A stretch of DNA of 64,000 nucleotides from an uncultured Alphaproteobacteria bacterium (GCA_902612825.1 CACMET010000002.1:3542-67541); one strand, 5' to 3'. Shown: positions 28,878 to 39,223, numbered from the stretch's first letter. Numbers and translations: made by a program. Notes: generated from the letters alone by a model not told the origin.

Positions 28878-29362
28878 TGTTTTCTGATCCTCAATTTTGG
28901 GTAGCGGTATCTTTTATATTATTTATTGCAGCTATTTTTAATCCAGTACGAAAAATTCTTACATCTAGTTTAGATGCACAAATAAAAGATATAAAAAATA
29001 AAATAGATGAAGTTGAGAATTTAAAAAACGAGGCTCAAAAAGCTTTGGATGAACTTAGGGAGAGAGAATCTAAAGTAGAGAAAGAAATACAAAATCTAAA
29101 GTTAGAATCTGAGAAAAGAATTTCTGAATTGAAAGATATATCCGCCACTAAATTGACTGATCAAATTGAAAAAAGAAAAATATTGGCAGAAAATAAAATT
29201 GAACAATTAGTTAGAGATACCAATAATTCTATCAAAAGTTATATTTCAAGTGTTGCAATAGAGGCTACTAGAAATATTCTACTTCAAAATCTAAGTAAGG
29301 ATAAAAAATCTACTTTAATTGAAGAGTCAATTACCGAATTTAACTCTGTTCTAAAGAACTAG
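28877..29362 (+). CDS. atpF: F0 ATP synthase subunit b
   Basis: 161 aa with the same architecture. Start overlaps the previous stop. Confidence 0.75.
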   Translation: MFSDPQFWVAVSFILFIAAIFNPVRKILTSSLDAQIKDIKNKIDEVENLKNEAQKALDELRERESKVEKEIQNLKLESEKRISELKDISATKLTDQIEKRKILAENKIEQLVRDTNNSIKSYISSVAIEATRNILLQNLSKDKKSTLIEESITEFNSVLKN

Positions 29363-29364
29363 CA

Positions 29365-29390
29365 GTAGATTTAGTTACTCCAAAATCTAC
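29365..29390 (+). terminator. Weak hairpin after atpF
   Basis: GTAGATTT-N10-AAATCTAC stem with no clear T-tract. Confidence 0.3.
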
Positions 29391-29474
29391 TTACAATATT
29401 AATAATTTAATATTAAAAGATTTTCAAAATCTATAGTATTATTAACTAACCAAAAAGAATGGTAACAAATTTGA

Positions 29475-30416
29475 ATGACAAAAAAACTTAATATATTTCT
29501 TGCAGGACCTCGGGGATTTTGTGCAGGTGTAGATAGGGCTATAGAAATGGTAAAGGGTGCTCTAAAAAAATATGGTGCGCCCGTATATGTTCGTCATGAA
29601 ATAGTGCATAATAAATTTGTTGTTGAAAATCTCAAATCACAGGGAGCCATTTTTGTAGAAGAATTAAATGAGATTGAAGATAGAAGTAGGCCAGTTATCT
29701 TTTCTGCACATGGTGTTCCAAAAGCAGTCCCAGAGGAAGCATTAAGTTTAAATTTAGTATATTATGATGCAACATGTCCGCTTGTTAGCAAAATCCATAA
29801 AGAAGTTGAAAATTTTGATAAAAAAAATCTACCAGTAATTTTAATTGGCCATAGAAATCATCCTGAAGTTATTGGAACTATGGGCCAAACAGATAAAAAA
29901 ATTCATTTAGTTGAAAAAGCTGAAGATGTAAAAAAATTGCCTTTAAACCAAAATGATGAGATTGCATATGTTACTCAGACAACGCTATCAGTAGATGATA
30001 CTAAAGATATAATAAAAGAGATAAAATTACATTTTAGTAATGTCATAGAACCAAAAAAAAATGATATTTGTTATGCAACAACAAATAGACAAGAAGCTGT
30101 TAAAAAAATAGCGAAACAATGTGATTATTTTTTAGTAATTGGTGCAAGTAACTCATCAAATTCCCTAAGATTAGTTGAAGTAGCAAAAAATTATGGATCA
30201 AAAAAAGCTATTTTAGTAGAAGATGTAGATTCCTTAAATTTAAATATATTTCAAGAATCTGAAAATATAGGAATAACAGCAAGTGCATCATCGCCAGAAG
30301 TACTTGTTAAAAAACTTCTTGATAATTTAAAAAGAAATTTTGAAATACATATAAATGAAGGATCTTACCAAAAAGAAGATGTATTTTTTAAAGTGCCACA
30401 AAAACTAAACGTATAG
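29475..30416 (+). CDS. ispH: 4-hydroxy-3-methylbut-2-enyl diphosphate reductase
   Basis: 313 aa. PRGFCAGVDRAI, HEIVHN and ATCPLV motifs (three Fe-S cysteines). Confidence 0.9.
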   Translation: MTKKLNIFLAGPRGFCAGVDRAIEMVKGALKKYGAPVYVRHEIVHNKFVVENLKSQGAIFVEELNEIEDRSRPVIFSAHGVPKAVPEEALSLNLVYYDATCPLVSKIHKEVENFDKKNLPVILIGHRNHPEVIGTMGQTDKKIHLVEKAEDVKKLPLNQNDEIAYVTQTTLSVDDTKDIIKEIKLHFSNVIEPKKNDICYATTNRQEAVKKIAKQCDYFLVIGASNSSNSLRLVEVAKNYGSKKAILVEDVDSLNLNIFQESENIGITASASSPEVLVKKLLDNLKRNFEIHINEGSYQKEDVFFKVPQKLNV

Positions 30417-30419
30417 AAG

Positions 30420-31370
30420 ATGGCGGTTTTTACTAAATTACTTAACGAGGATATTGAAAACTTTATTTCTGAGTACTCAATTGGAAATTTAGATAGTTAT
30501 GAAGAAATTGTAGATGGGATAGAGAACTCAAATTTTAAAATTTTTTGTAATAATCAACCATATATTTTAACAATTTTTGAAAAAAGAGTAACTGAGCAAG
30601 AATTACCCTTTTTTATAAATTTAAAAAACTTTTTAAATAAAAATAATTTTAAATGTCCAAAAGCTATCTCAGATAAAAATGGAAAAATTTTAAAAAGAAT
30701 AAAAAATAAAACAGCTGTTATAATATCTTTTCTGGAAGGTAAAAGTATTGAAAAACCTAACTCTGAAATGTGTAGAGAAGTTGGAAAAATGGTTGCTAAT
30801 TTACACAATCTTACCCTAAATTTTGATGAAAAAAGACCTAACAGTTTAGATCTACAGGATTGGAAAGAAATTTACAAAAAGTGCCTTAATAATAAATCCG
30901 AAAAGTTTAATGAAACAATGTATTTGTTAAAAAATGAAATAGACTATTTAGAAAATTATTGGCCAGCAAACATTCCTAGTGGTGTAATACATGCTGATTT
31001 GTTTAGAGATAATATTTTTTTTAAAGATGAAAAAATTTCTGGAGTAATAGATTTCTATTTTGCATGTTATTATTTTTATATTTACGATTTAGCCATAATT
31101 ATTAATGATTGGTGCTTTAGTGAAAATGGACAGTACTTTAACAAAGAGAACTGCTTGATAATTCTTGGGGAATATCAAAAGTTGAGAGAATTGAGTGATC
31201 TTGAGAAGAAATCGTTAAATATTTTATTAAGAGCTGCTGCTGTTAGAATATTATGTACGAGAGTGCACGATTATATTTTTCATCCGCCTGATGCAGTAGT
31301 TATTAAAAAAGATCCATTTGAATATTTGAATATTTTAAAATGGCATCAACAAAATGATATTTTTGAATAA
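30420..31370 (+). CDS. thrB: Homoserine kinase, type II (APH-fold)
   Basis: 316 aa. GIENSNF, VIHADLFRDNIFF and IDFYFAC motifs. Conserved ispH-thrB-rnhA order. Confidence 0.85.
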   Translation: MAVFTKLLNEDIENFISEYSIGNLDSYEEIVDGIENSNFKIFCNNQPYILTIFEKRVTEQELPFFINLKNFLNKNNFKCPKAISDKNGKILKRIKNKTAVIISFLEGKSIEKPNSEMCREVGKMVANLHNLTLNFDEKRPNSLDLQDWKEIYKKCLNNKSEKFNETMYLLKNEIDYLENYWPANIPSGVIHADLFRDNIFFKDEKISGVIDFYFACYYFYIYDLAIIINDWCFSENGQYFNKENCLIILGEYQKLRELSDLEKKSLNILLRAAAVRILCTRVHDYIFHPPDAVVIKKDPFEYLNILKWHQQNDIFE

Positions 31371-31798
31371 TGATTAATGTTTATACAGATGGTGCATGTT
31401 CTGGGAATCCAGGTATAGGTGGATGGGGTGTCGTGATATTAGATAATAATAAAGAAATTTTATTAAATGGTGGTGATCAACACACAACTAATAATAAAAT
31501 GGAACTTACAGCTGCAATAAAAGCACTGGAATATTTTGAGATAAAAAAAGAATTAATCATTTATACCGATAGCAAATATGTAAAGGATGGTATTGAATCA
31601 TGGATTACAAATTGGAAAAAAAATGGATGGAAAACTTCAACAAAAAAAATAGTGAAAAATAAAGAATTATGGATGCAATTAGATAACCTAATAAATAAAC
31701 ATAGTGTGACATGGAAGTGGGTTAAAGGTCATGCAGGTTTTGAATTTAATGAAAAAGCTGATGAACTAGCAAGGAAATATATTGAAAGTAATATTTAG
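31370..31798 (+). CDS. rnhA: Ribonuclease HI
   Basis: 142 aa. YTDGACSGNPGIGGWG, NNKMELTA and TDSKYV motifs. Confidence 0.9.
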   Translation: MINVYTDGACSGNPGIGGWGVVILDNNKEILLNGGDQHTTNNKMELTAAIKALEYFEIKKELIIYTDSKYVKDGIESWITNWKKNGWKTSTKKIVKNKELWMQLDNLINKHSVTWKWVKGHAGFEFNEKADELARKYIESNI

Positions 31799-32345
31799 TT
31801 TATTTTTTATTTTTCTTTATTTCAAACAGACTGTTGCAAATGATTTATGGACTATAGATAAAGATATTTCTAGCATAGAATTTGAAGTTCCAGTTTTGTT
31901 TGCAAAAAATGTTACTGGTAAATTTAATACATTTGATGGTTTTGTTTCCTTGGATATGTCTAATGAAAATAATAACAAAGCATTAATAAATGTTAGTATT
32001 GATAGTTTAGATTTAAATTATAAACGATATAAAGATTTAGTACTGAGTGAGATTTTCTTTGATTCTAAAAAATTTCCATTCGGTCTTATTGATACTAATA
32101 ATTTTAAATTTAACTATGAAGATAATAATATTATTTTAATAGGTGAATTAACAATAAAGGGTAAAAGTCAAAAAATCCCTATTGATATTGAGATTATAAA
32201 ACTAGCTAATGAGTTGGTTCAGGTAAAAAGTGTAATATCTTTTTCCAGAAATGACTTTGAAATTGGCACCGGTAATTGGAAAAACACAACAATTCTTAAA
32301 GACAAAATAAATATAAGGGCAAATATTTTTCTTTTTAAAGAATAA
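31782..32345 (+). CDS. YceI-like periplasmic protein
   Basis: 187 aa, TTG start, signal peptide. W.ID...S.I.F......V.G.F..F.G pattern of the YceI family. Confidence 0.65.
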   Translation: MKVIFSLFFIFLYFKQTVANDLWTIDKDISSIEFEVPVLFAKNVTGKFNTFDGFVSLDMSNENNNKALINVSIDSLDLNYKRYKDLVLSEIFFDSKKFPFGLIDTNNFKFNYEDNNIILIGELTIKGKSQKIPIDIEIIKLANELVQVKSVISFSRNDFEIGTGNWKNTTILKDKINIRANIFLFKE

Positions 32346-32350
32346 TTATC

Positions 32351-33115
32351 TTATCTAAGAGTATATCCTCCATCTATAACTAATACTTCACCTGTAATAT
32401 AACTTGAAGCAGGGCTACATAAAAAAAGTGCTGCAGATGCAATTTCACTTGGTTTACCCATTCTTTTGAGCGGTGTCATACTATTCCAAGTTTCATACCA
32501 ATGTTCGTTTTCTTTAGTTAGCTTTGTCATTTCTGTATCAATGTAACCTGGGGCAATAGCATTCACACGAATATTGTTTTCTGCAAAATCACTTGCTAAA
32601 CTTTTTGTTAACATATGTACAGCTGCTTTTGATGCATTATAAGCCACTTGAGGTTGAGGAATATTTGATACTAATCCAGATATCGAACCTATATTTAAAA
32701 TCACTCCTTCACCTTGTTTTTTCATTTGTGGTAAAACTGAACGACACATTCTAAAAACAGAATCAACATTTGTATTCATTATTTTATCTAATAATTCATC
32801 ATCAAATTCTTCCATAGTTCCGTGTTGAGCAACACCAGCATTATTAACTAGGATATCAATTGAATTATATTTTTCTAATACAAAATTTATAATTTTTTGA
32901 GGTTCATCTTGTTTAGTAATATCACCCTGTAAAAAGGAAACATCATAATTTGCTTCTTTTAAACTTTTTAAACCATCATATTTATCGGTTCTACTAGTAA
33001 CAATTATTTTTGCTCCAGCTTCTCCAAGAGTATGAGCTATAGATAGACCAATTCCTCTTGTTCCACCTGTTACAATAGCAACTTTATTAGTTAACTTAAA
33101 TTGATCAATAATCAT
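32351..33115 (-). CDS. Short-chain dehydrogenase/reductase (sugar or polyol type)
   Basis: 254 aa. TGGTRGIG cofactor motif and YNASKAA catalytic motif. Confidence 0.8.
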   Translation of the reverse strand: MIIDQFKLTNKVAIVTGGTRGIGLSIAHTLGEAGAKIIVTSRTDKYDGLKSLKEANYDVSFLQGDITKQDEPQKIINFVLEKYNSIDILVNNAGVAQHGTMEEFDDELLDKIMNTNVDSVFRMCRSVLPQMKKQGEGVILNIGSISGLVSNIPQPQVAYNASKAAVHMLTKSLASDFAENNIRVNAIAPGYIDTEMTKLTKENEHWYETWNSMTPLKRMGKPSEIASAALFLCSPASSYITGEVLVIDGGYTLR

Positions 33116-33201
33116 TAATACTTACAATATGTTAACAAAATAGAAATTTCATCAAAAATTATAATAATTTATATTTAAAAATATGTTATTTATTAACAGT
33201 C

Positions 33202-34239
33202 ATGAAAGCATTAGTTTTAGAAAAAAAACTTGAATTAAATTTAAGAGATATTGAGCTACCAAATAAGGTTGGCTTGAATGACGTAAAAATCAAAATGCAT
33301 ACTGTTGGAATATGTGGATCAGATGTTCACTATTATGAACATGGAAAGATTGGGCAATGGAATGTCAATGCTCCAATGGTTTTGGGTCACGAAGGCTCAG
33401 GTATAATTATTGAAGTAGGTGCTGATGAAAAAAATTTGAAGGTTGGTGACAGAGTTTGTATTGAACCACAGATAGTTAGTAAAACTACAAAAGAATATAA
33501 ACTTGGTATCTACAATTATGATCAAGAAGTAAAATTTTGGGCTACACCACCTATTCATGGTTGTTTAACACCTGAAGTTATTTTTCCAAGTGATATGGTT
33601 TTTAAATTACCAGATAATCTGTCGTATGCCGAAGGAGCAATGGTTGAGCCTTTGGCAGTAGGTATGCAAGGTGTGACAAAAGCCAAAATAAAACCTGGTC
33701 AAATTGGTTTAGTGATGGGATGTGGACCAATTGGTTTGGTTACAGCTCTTGCTGCTTTGGCTGGTGGATGTGCAAAAGTTTATATAGCGGATATTTTAAG
33801 TGAAAAATTAAAAATGTGTGATTATTACCCGGATCTTATTCCTGTAGATTTATCAAAAGAAAATTTAGAAACAAAAATTATGAATGAAACTAAAGGATGG
33901 GGAGTTGATAGGTTTTTTGAATGCAGTGGAGCAGTAAAAGCATATGAAGCTATTTTTACTTGCTGCTCACCTGGAGCGCATGTTGTTTTAATTGGAAATA
34001 ATGCTGAGCCAGTTCCTATGAACTGGGCAGTACTATTTGCAAAAGGTCTTGAATTTCAAACTGTACATAGGTATTCACATCAATACGAACCATCAATAAG
34101 ACTTCTAGAACGTGGAAAAATTGATGTTAAACCGATGATTACACATACTTTTAAATTTGAAGAAAGTGTTGAAGCTTTTATGAGAGCAGCAGAACATAGA
34201 CCTACTGATGTAAAACTTCAAATTAAAATTGATGAATAA
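33202..34239 (+). CDS. Zn-dependent polyol dehydrogenase (sorbitol/xylitol dehydrogenase-like)
   Basis: 345 aa. GICGSDVHYY, GHEGSGIIIEVG and GCGPIGL motifs. Confidence 0.8.
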   Translation: MKALVLEKKLELNLRDIELPNKVGLNDVKIKMHTVGICGSDVHYYEHGKIGQWNVNAPMVLGHEGSGIIIEVGADEKNLKVGDRVCIEPQIVSKTTKEYKLGIYNYDQEVKFWATPPIHGCLTPEVIFPSDMVFKLPDNLSYAEGAMVEPLAVGMQGVTKAKIKPGQIGLVMGCGPIGLVTALAALAGGCAKVYIADILSEKLKMCDYYPDLIPVDLSKENLETKIMNETKGWGVDRFFECSGAVKAYEAIFTCCSPGAHVVLIGNNAEPVPMNWAVLFAKGLEFQTVHRYSHQYEPSIRLLERGKIDVKPMITHTFKFEESVEAFMRAAEHRPTDVKLQIKIDE

Positions 34240-35635
34240 AAGTGAATTAGCTATTTCAGCTTTTAATAGAGAGAATTGCAAAACTGGTATTGTTCATCTT
34301 GGTGTTGGAAACTTTCATAGAGCTCATCAGGCAAATTATATAAATGAATACCTCAATACGTTTAATGATCTTAATTGGGGAATTTGTGGAATTAATTTAA
34401 GAAAAGAAGACAGCAAAAAATTTGATAATCTTAAATTAAAAAAAGGAAAATATATTCTTAAAACAATTTCTACATCCGGAGAAGAAGAATATAAAGAAAT
34501 TAATTCGATAATTGAGTTAATAGACTGGAGTAGAAATAAAGAAGAAGCTGAGGATGCTCTTTCAAATCCAGATGTAAAATTAGTTACAATGACTATTACT
34601 GAAAGTGGTTACTATATAAACGAAAAAAATAAATTAAATTTAAATCTAAAAATTGTTAAAAATAATATTGAAGGAAAAGAAAATAATATCATTTATTCTT
34701 ATCTCATGGCAGCCTTAAAAAAACGGATGTTATCTACAAATAAAAAAATCACATTGCTATGTTGTGATAATATTAGAGAAAATGGAATAATGTTAAAAGA
34801 CTGTTTTAAACAATATTTATCAGCATCTAATGAAATTGAGCTTTTAGAATGGATAAAAAATAATGTAAGTTTTCCCTCTTGTGTTGTTGATCGAATTACT
34901 CCTAGAACACCTGAATTTTTAAAGTCTGAAATAATGGAAAAATTTAATTTAGATGAAAACTGTGGTGTCATGGCTGAACCATTTATTCAATGGATAATAG
35001 AGGATGACTTCATTAATGAAAGACCAAGGCTTGAAGATGTTGGTGTCAAGTTTGTGAATGATGTATTTCCTTATGAAGAAGCAAAAATTAGAATTCTTAA
35101 TGGAGCTCACATAGCATTAAGTTATTTTGGTGCACTTAAAGGTTACACAACTTATGATGAAGCAATATCTGATAAAAATTTAGAACAATATTTTTTTGAA
35201 ATTCAACAAAAAGAAATAATACCAGCACTTGTACACAAACCTTTTAATTTAGAGGATTATATGATCACAATTTATGAAAGATTTAACAATAAAAATATTG
35301 CTGATAAATTAGAGAGAATTGCAATGGATGGAGTAGGTAAATTTCCAATATTTATATTACCTACCATACATAATTGCTTTGAAAAAAAAATAATTCCAGA
35401 AAACTGTATTGATGCAATTGCAAGTTGGTATGTTTTTATGTTGAAAATCAAAGATAAAAAATTAAATTTTGAATATTATGAACCGAGTTGGGAATGGATC
35501 AAATATTATTTAGAAAAAGATAAAGTTATTAAATTTACAAATTGTGAAGAGCTTTGGGGTGAAACACCAAAAAAGTTTCCTTTATTTTCTGAAATTTTAG
35601 AAAAAAAGATTAATTTTTTTAAAAATATTTACTAA
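34229..35635 (+). CDS. Mannitol dehydrogenase-family (long-chain polyol/hexuronate) oxidoreductase
   Basis: 468 aa. IVHLGVGNFHRAHQA N-terminal motif and VDRITP motif. Confidence 0.8.
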   Translation: MMNKSELAISAFNRENCKTGIVHLGVGNFHRAHQANYINEYLNTFNDLNWGICGINLRKEDSKKFDNLKLKKGKYILKTISTSGEEEYKEINSIIELIDWSRNKEEAEDALSNPDVKLVTMTITESGYYINEKNKLNLNLKIVKNNIEGKENNIIYSYLMAALKKRMLSTNKKITLLCCDNIRENGIMLKDCFKQYLSASNEIELLEWIKNNVSFPSCVVDRITPRTPEFLKSEIMEKFNLDENCGVMAEPFIQWIIEDDFINERPRLEDVGVKFVNDVFPYEEAKIRILNGAHIALSYFGALKGYTTYDEAISDKNLEQYFFEIQQKEIIPALVHKPFNLEDYMITIYERFNNKNIADKLERIAMDGVGKFPIFILPTIHNCFEKKIIPENCIDAIASWYVFMLKIKDKKLNFEYYEPSWEWIKYYLEKDKVIKFTNCEELWGETPKKFPLFSEILEKKINFFKNIY

Positions 35636-37116
35636 AAACTTAAATTTTTAGCAATTTTATTATTGCTGTTATATAAATCTTTCCAAATTGAATACCTTTG
35701 TAATAAAAGATCAATGTTAGCTTCGTTAGATTCATAAGTTTTACTTATTTTTATTTCACTAATAATATTTTCTTTATTATCAATAGTATCATCCTGATAC
35801 ATAGCTAATCTTGCAACGCCAAGTGCGGCACCAAATTCACTTTGATCACAAACACTTAACTTTTTATTTAAAAGTGCTGCAAGCAATTCAATCCAAAATG
35901 AACTTTTTGAACCTCCTCCAACCATAAATATTTTATCAAAGTTATTATTAACTTTCAAAATAGAATTAACTCCATCTAATATTCCAAAACTGACACCTTC
36001 AATTACTGCATACTGAAAATCTGTAGCATTTGTAGTTGTTTTTATAGAATGAAGTGAACCTCTAATATGTGGATCGTTATGTGGGGTTCTTTCTCCAGAC
36101 AAATAAGGTAAAAAATATGAAGAATTTTTTATAGAATTTTTATCATTATAAAATTGCTCTACATTATTAAGTGTATCAGCAATTGAAGTATTGGTAATAG
36201 CACAAATCCAATCTAAACAATTACTTGCACTTAACATAACAGACATTAGGTGCCATTTATTTGGTAAACAATGACAAAAAGAATGTACTGCATCTCCAGT
36301 ATTACTCAAAAAATTTTCAGTGGGAGTAAAAAAAACCCCTGAAGTGCCAAGAGATATAAATGATTGGTTTTTATTTGTTATACCCATACCAGTTGCTGCG
36401 GCAGCATTATCCCCTGCCCCACCCACAACTTTAACATTATTGTTAAAATTAAATTTCTCTTTTAAATCTTTTTTTAAAAATCCTGTCTGCTCATTTCCTT
36501 CCACTAAATCTGGCATGTGTTTTTCTTCTAAAAATGAGCAAGATAAAAGTTGATTAGACCATTTTCTTTTTTGGATATCTAGCCATAATGTTCCAGATGC
36601 ATCTGACATTTCAGAAAAAAATTCACCAGTAAGAACAAATCGTAAATAATCTTTAGGAAGTAAAACTTTAAAAATTTTTTTAAAATTATCTATTTCATTA
36701 TTTTTTATCCAATTTATTTTTGGTGCAGTAAAACCAGGCATGGTAATATTTCCTGAAATTGATCGTACATCAAAATTTTGTTTTTCAAATTCTTCACATT
36801 CTTGATATGATCTTGTATCATTCCAAAGAATACATGGTCTAATAACTTTTCCATCCTTGTCTATTAACGTAGCTCCATGCATATGACCGGATATTCCTAT
36901 TGAAATAGTTTGTGAAAATTCTTTTGGTTTTTTTGATTTTAAAGCATTCAAGCATTCCATTGTTGAATCAATCCATTCTTGTGGATTTTGTTCACTAAAG
37001 CCATCTTTAGGTGATTGTACAGTAAGACTTGAATTAGCGGATGCAAGAATGCTTTGATTTTGATCAATTAAAATCATTTTGATTGATGAAGTTCCAAGAT
37101 CGATTCCAATAAACAT
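35632..37116 (-). CDS. xylB: Xylulokinase (FGGY family)
   Basis: 494 aa. MFIGIDLGTSSIK, GGAGDNAAAA and GGGSKS motifs. Confidence 0.8.
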   Translation of the reverse strand: MFIGIDLGTSSIKMILIDQNQSILASANSSLTVQSPKDGFSEQNPQEWIDSTMECLNALKSKKPKEFSQTISIGISGHMHGATLIDKDGKVIRPCILWNDTRSYQECEEFEKQNFDVRSISGNITMPGFTAPKINWIKNNEIDNFKKIFKVLLPKDYLRFVLTGEFFSEMSDASGTLWLDIQKRKWSNQLLSCSFLEEKHMPDLVEGNEQTGFLKKDLKEKFNFNNNVKVVGGAGDNAAAATGMGITNKNQSFISLGTSGVFFTPTENFLSNTGDAVHSFCHCLPNKWHLMSVMLSASNCLDWICAITNTSIADTLNNVEQFYNDKNSIKNSSYFLPYLSGERTPHNDPHIRGSLHSIKTTTNATDFQYAVIEGVSFGILDGVNSILKVNNNFDKIFMVGGGSKSSFWIELLAALLNKKLSVCDQSEFGAALGVARLAMYQDDTIDNKENIISEIKISKTYESNEANIDLLLQRYSIWKDLYNSNNKIAKNLSF

Positions 37117-37165
37117 AGAGTAAATTTATAACATTAATTTTTTAATTGATACAAAGAAATTAAAA

Positions 37166-38026
37166 CTACTTATAAGAATATCTAAATATAAATATTCCAG
37201 ATGAAACAATGATAATTGCTCCTATAATCGTAAATATATCTGGGACTTCTGCATATACTAATAAACCAAAAATTATTCCCCAAACAATTATGGTATAATT
37301 ATAAGGTGCTAAAATACTTGCCGGTGTAACACTCAATGCCTTAATTTGTAAAAATAACCCAGTACAAAAAAAGATACCTAAAAAAATAAAAAAGATAAAA
37401 GAAAATGAATGTAGCGGTTGCCAGAAAAAAAGTGATAGTACAAATGTAATGATCGCACCTATAAAACCATTGTAGAATAACATAGTTTCATTATCATCAT
37501 ACCTAGCATTTAATCTTGTTGCTATTTGAAATAGTGAATAGAAAAAAGCAGCACATAATGGAATAATTAGATATGGATTAAATATAGTTAATCCAGGTCG
37601 CATTATTAGAATAACTCCACAAAAACTTACACAAATTGCTAACCAAGTAGCTAAATTTATTTTTTCTTTTAAAATAAAATAAGAAAAAACTAAAACTAGA
37701 ACAGGGGCTAAAGAGCCTATTGTGTGAGCATCTGCCAGAGCTAAGTGCCTAAAAGACAATACAAAAAAACAAGATTCACATACAGATAAAATACATCTAG
37801 TTATTTGTATCTTATAATTATTTGAAAGATAAAATTTTTTAACTTTATTTTTTTTGGCAATAAAAAAAGAGAATATAAAACAAAAAGTAAACTTTACAAA
37901 CAACAATACAAAAACAGAGTGATATTGAACTGCTGTTTTTTGAATTGTATCTAAAATACCAAAAGATAAATAAGTTAACAGAGTTAAAATTATTCCATAG
38001 GTATAGGGATTTGATTTCATGTTCAT
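37166..38026 (-). CDS. EamA/DMT-family transporter
   Basis: 286 aa, ~10 hydrophobic helices, duplicated EamA pattern. Confidence 0.7.
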   Translation of the reverse strand: MNMKSNPYTYGIILTLLTYLSFGILDTIQKTAVQYHSVFVLLFVKFTFCFIFSFFIAKKNKVKKFYLSNNYKIQITRCILSVCESCFFVLSFRHLALADAHTIGSLAPVLVLVFSYFILKEKINLATWLAICVSFCGVILIMRPGLTIFNPYLIIPLCAAFFYSLFQIATRLNARYDDNETMLFYNGFIGAIITFVLSLFFWQPLHSFSFIFFIFLGIFFCTGLFLQIKALSVTPASILAPYNYTIIVWGIIFGLLVYAEVPDIFTIIGAIIIVSSGIFIFRYSYK

Positions 38027-39216
38027 TAAAGATTTTTAAAGATATTATTGTAAAAATCTTTTTTAATATTCTTATCAGCATCTAAAATTTGCATCATTAA
38101 AACAGCTGACAAATTATTTTTTGGATCTGCCAAAAAATAAGTAGCGGCATAGCCTGACCATCCAAATTCTCCAACTGGACCAAACTTATTTTGAGAGGTA
38201 TTGTTCATTAACACTCTAAATCCTAAACCCCAACCATATCCATTTAGATCATTTTCATAATCTTCATCTTTATTTGTATTAATTGATGTGATTTCAATTG
38301 GAAATAAATCCTTATTTAAAGAATTATTTCGCATTAATTCTAAACTTTGAGAATTAATAAGCTCTTTTCCATTTTTATTTTTACCATTGATAAGCATTGT
38401 AGCAAATTTTTCATAATCTTCAGCTGTAGAAAACAAACCATGGCCTCCTCTAGAATAATTTTTATTATTTGTTGGGTACCCGTATAATATTAACTTACTT
38501 TTATCGTAATTTAAATTTGTTAGTTTTAATTTATCATTATTATATTCAAATGTTTCAACTAACTGACTATTACTATTTTCATCAATATAAAAATTTGTAT
38601 TATTCATTTCTAAGGGTATGAAAATGTTTTCTGTGATAATATGTTGAATTTTATCTTTTGTTACAACTTCTATAATTCTCGCTAAAACATCTATAGATAT
38701 GGAATAATGCCATTTTGAACCAGGTTCATATAACAGAGGTAGTTCAGAAATTTTACTAATCTCTTCCTCCAGACTTGAAGATGTAGAATGAAATAAACTT
38801 CTATCCTCATATTCTTGAGCTAAAAAATTATCGCAATTGTTATATGTAAAGCCTGCTGTATGTTGTAAAAGTTGTCTAACAGTAGGTTTATTTTCTAATG
38901 AAGTTGTATTTTTTAAGTTACTCTCAATACTACTAAGTTTTTTTAAATTTTTAAAATCAGATAAATGTTTATCTATAGCATCATCAAGAGATAAAAAATT
39001 TTTTTCAATTAATTGCATTGCTGCAAAACCAATAATTGGTTTTGTCATTGACCAAATTCTATAATATGAATTTTTATTGAGCTTATTTTTTAATTCCAAA
39101 TCTTTATAACCAATTACTTCATGATAAATATTATTTTTATGATTTATTATCCATTCAGCTCCATTACATCTTCCTGCATTAATATGTTTTTGAAAATCTA
39201 ATTTAATGTTATCCAT
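38026..39216 (-). CDS. Beta-lactamase-fold serine hydrolase (esterase / D-aminopeptidase / amidase-like)
   Basis: 396 aa. SMTKP (SxxK) motif near residue 56 and YSI (YxN-like) region. Confidence 0.7.
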   Translation of the reverse strand: MDNIKLDFQKHINAGRCNGAEWIINHKNNIYHEVIGYKDLELKNKLNKNSYYRIWSMTKPIIGFAAMQLIEKNFLSLDDAIDKHLSDFKNLKKLSSIESNLKNTTSLENKPTVRQLLQHTAGFTYNNCDNFLAQEYEDRSLFHSTSSSLEEEISKISELPLLYEPGSKWHYSISIDVLARIIEVVTKDKIQHIITENIFIPLEMNNTNFYIDENSNSQLVETFEYNNDKLKLTNLNYDKSKLILYGYPTNNKNYSRGGHGLFSTAEDYEKFATMLINGKNKNGKELINSQSLELMRNNSLNKDLFPIEITSINTNKDEDYENDLNGYGWGLGFRVLMNNTSQNKFGPVGEFGWSGYAATYFLADPKNNLSAVLMMQILDADKNIKKDFYNNIFKNL

Positions 39217-39223
39217 AAATGGA

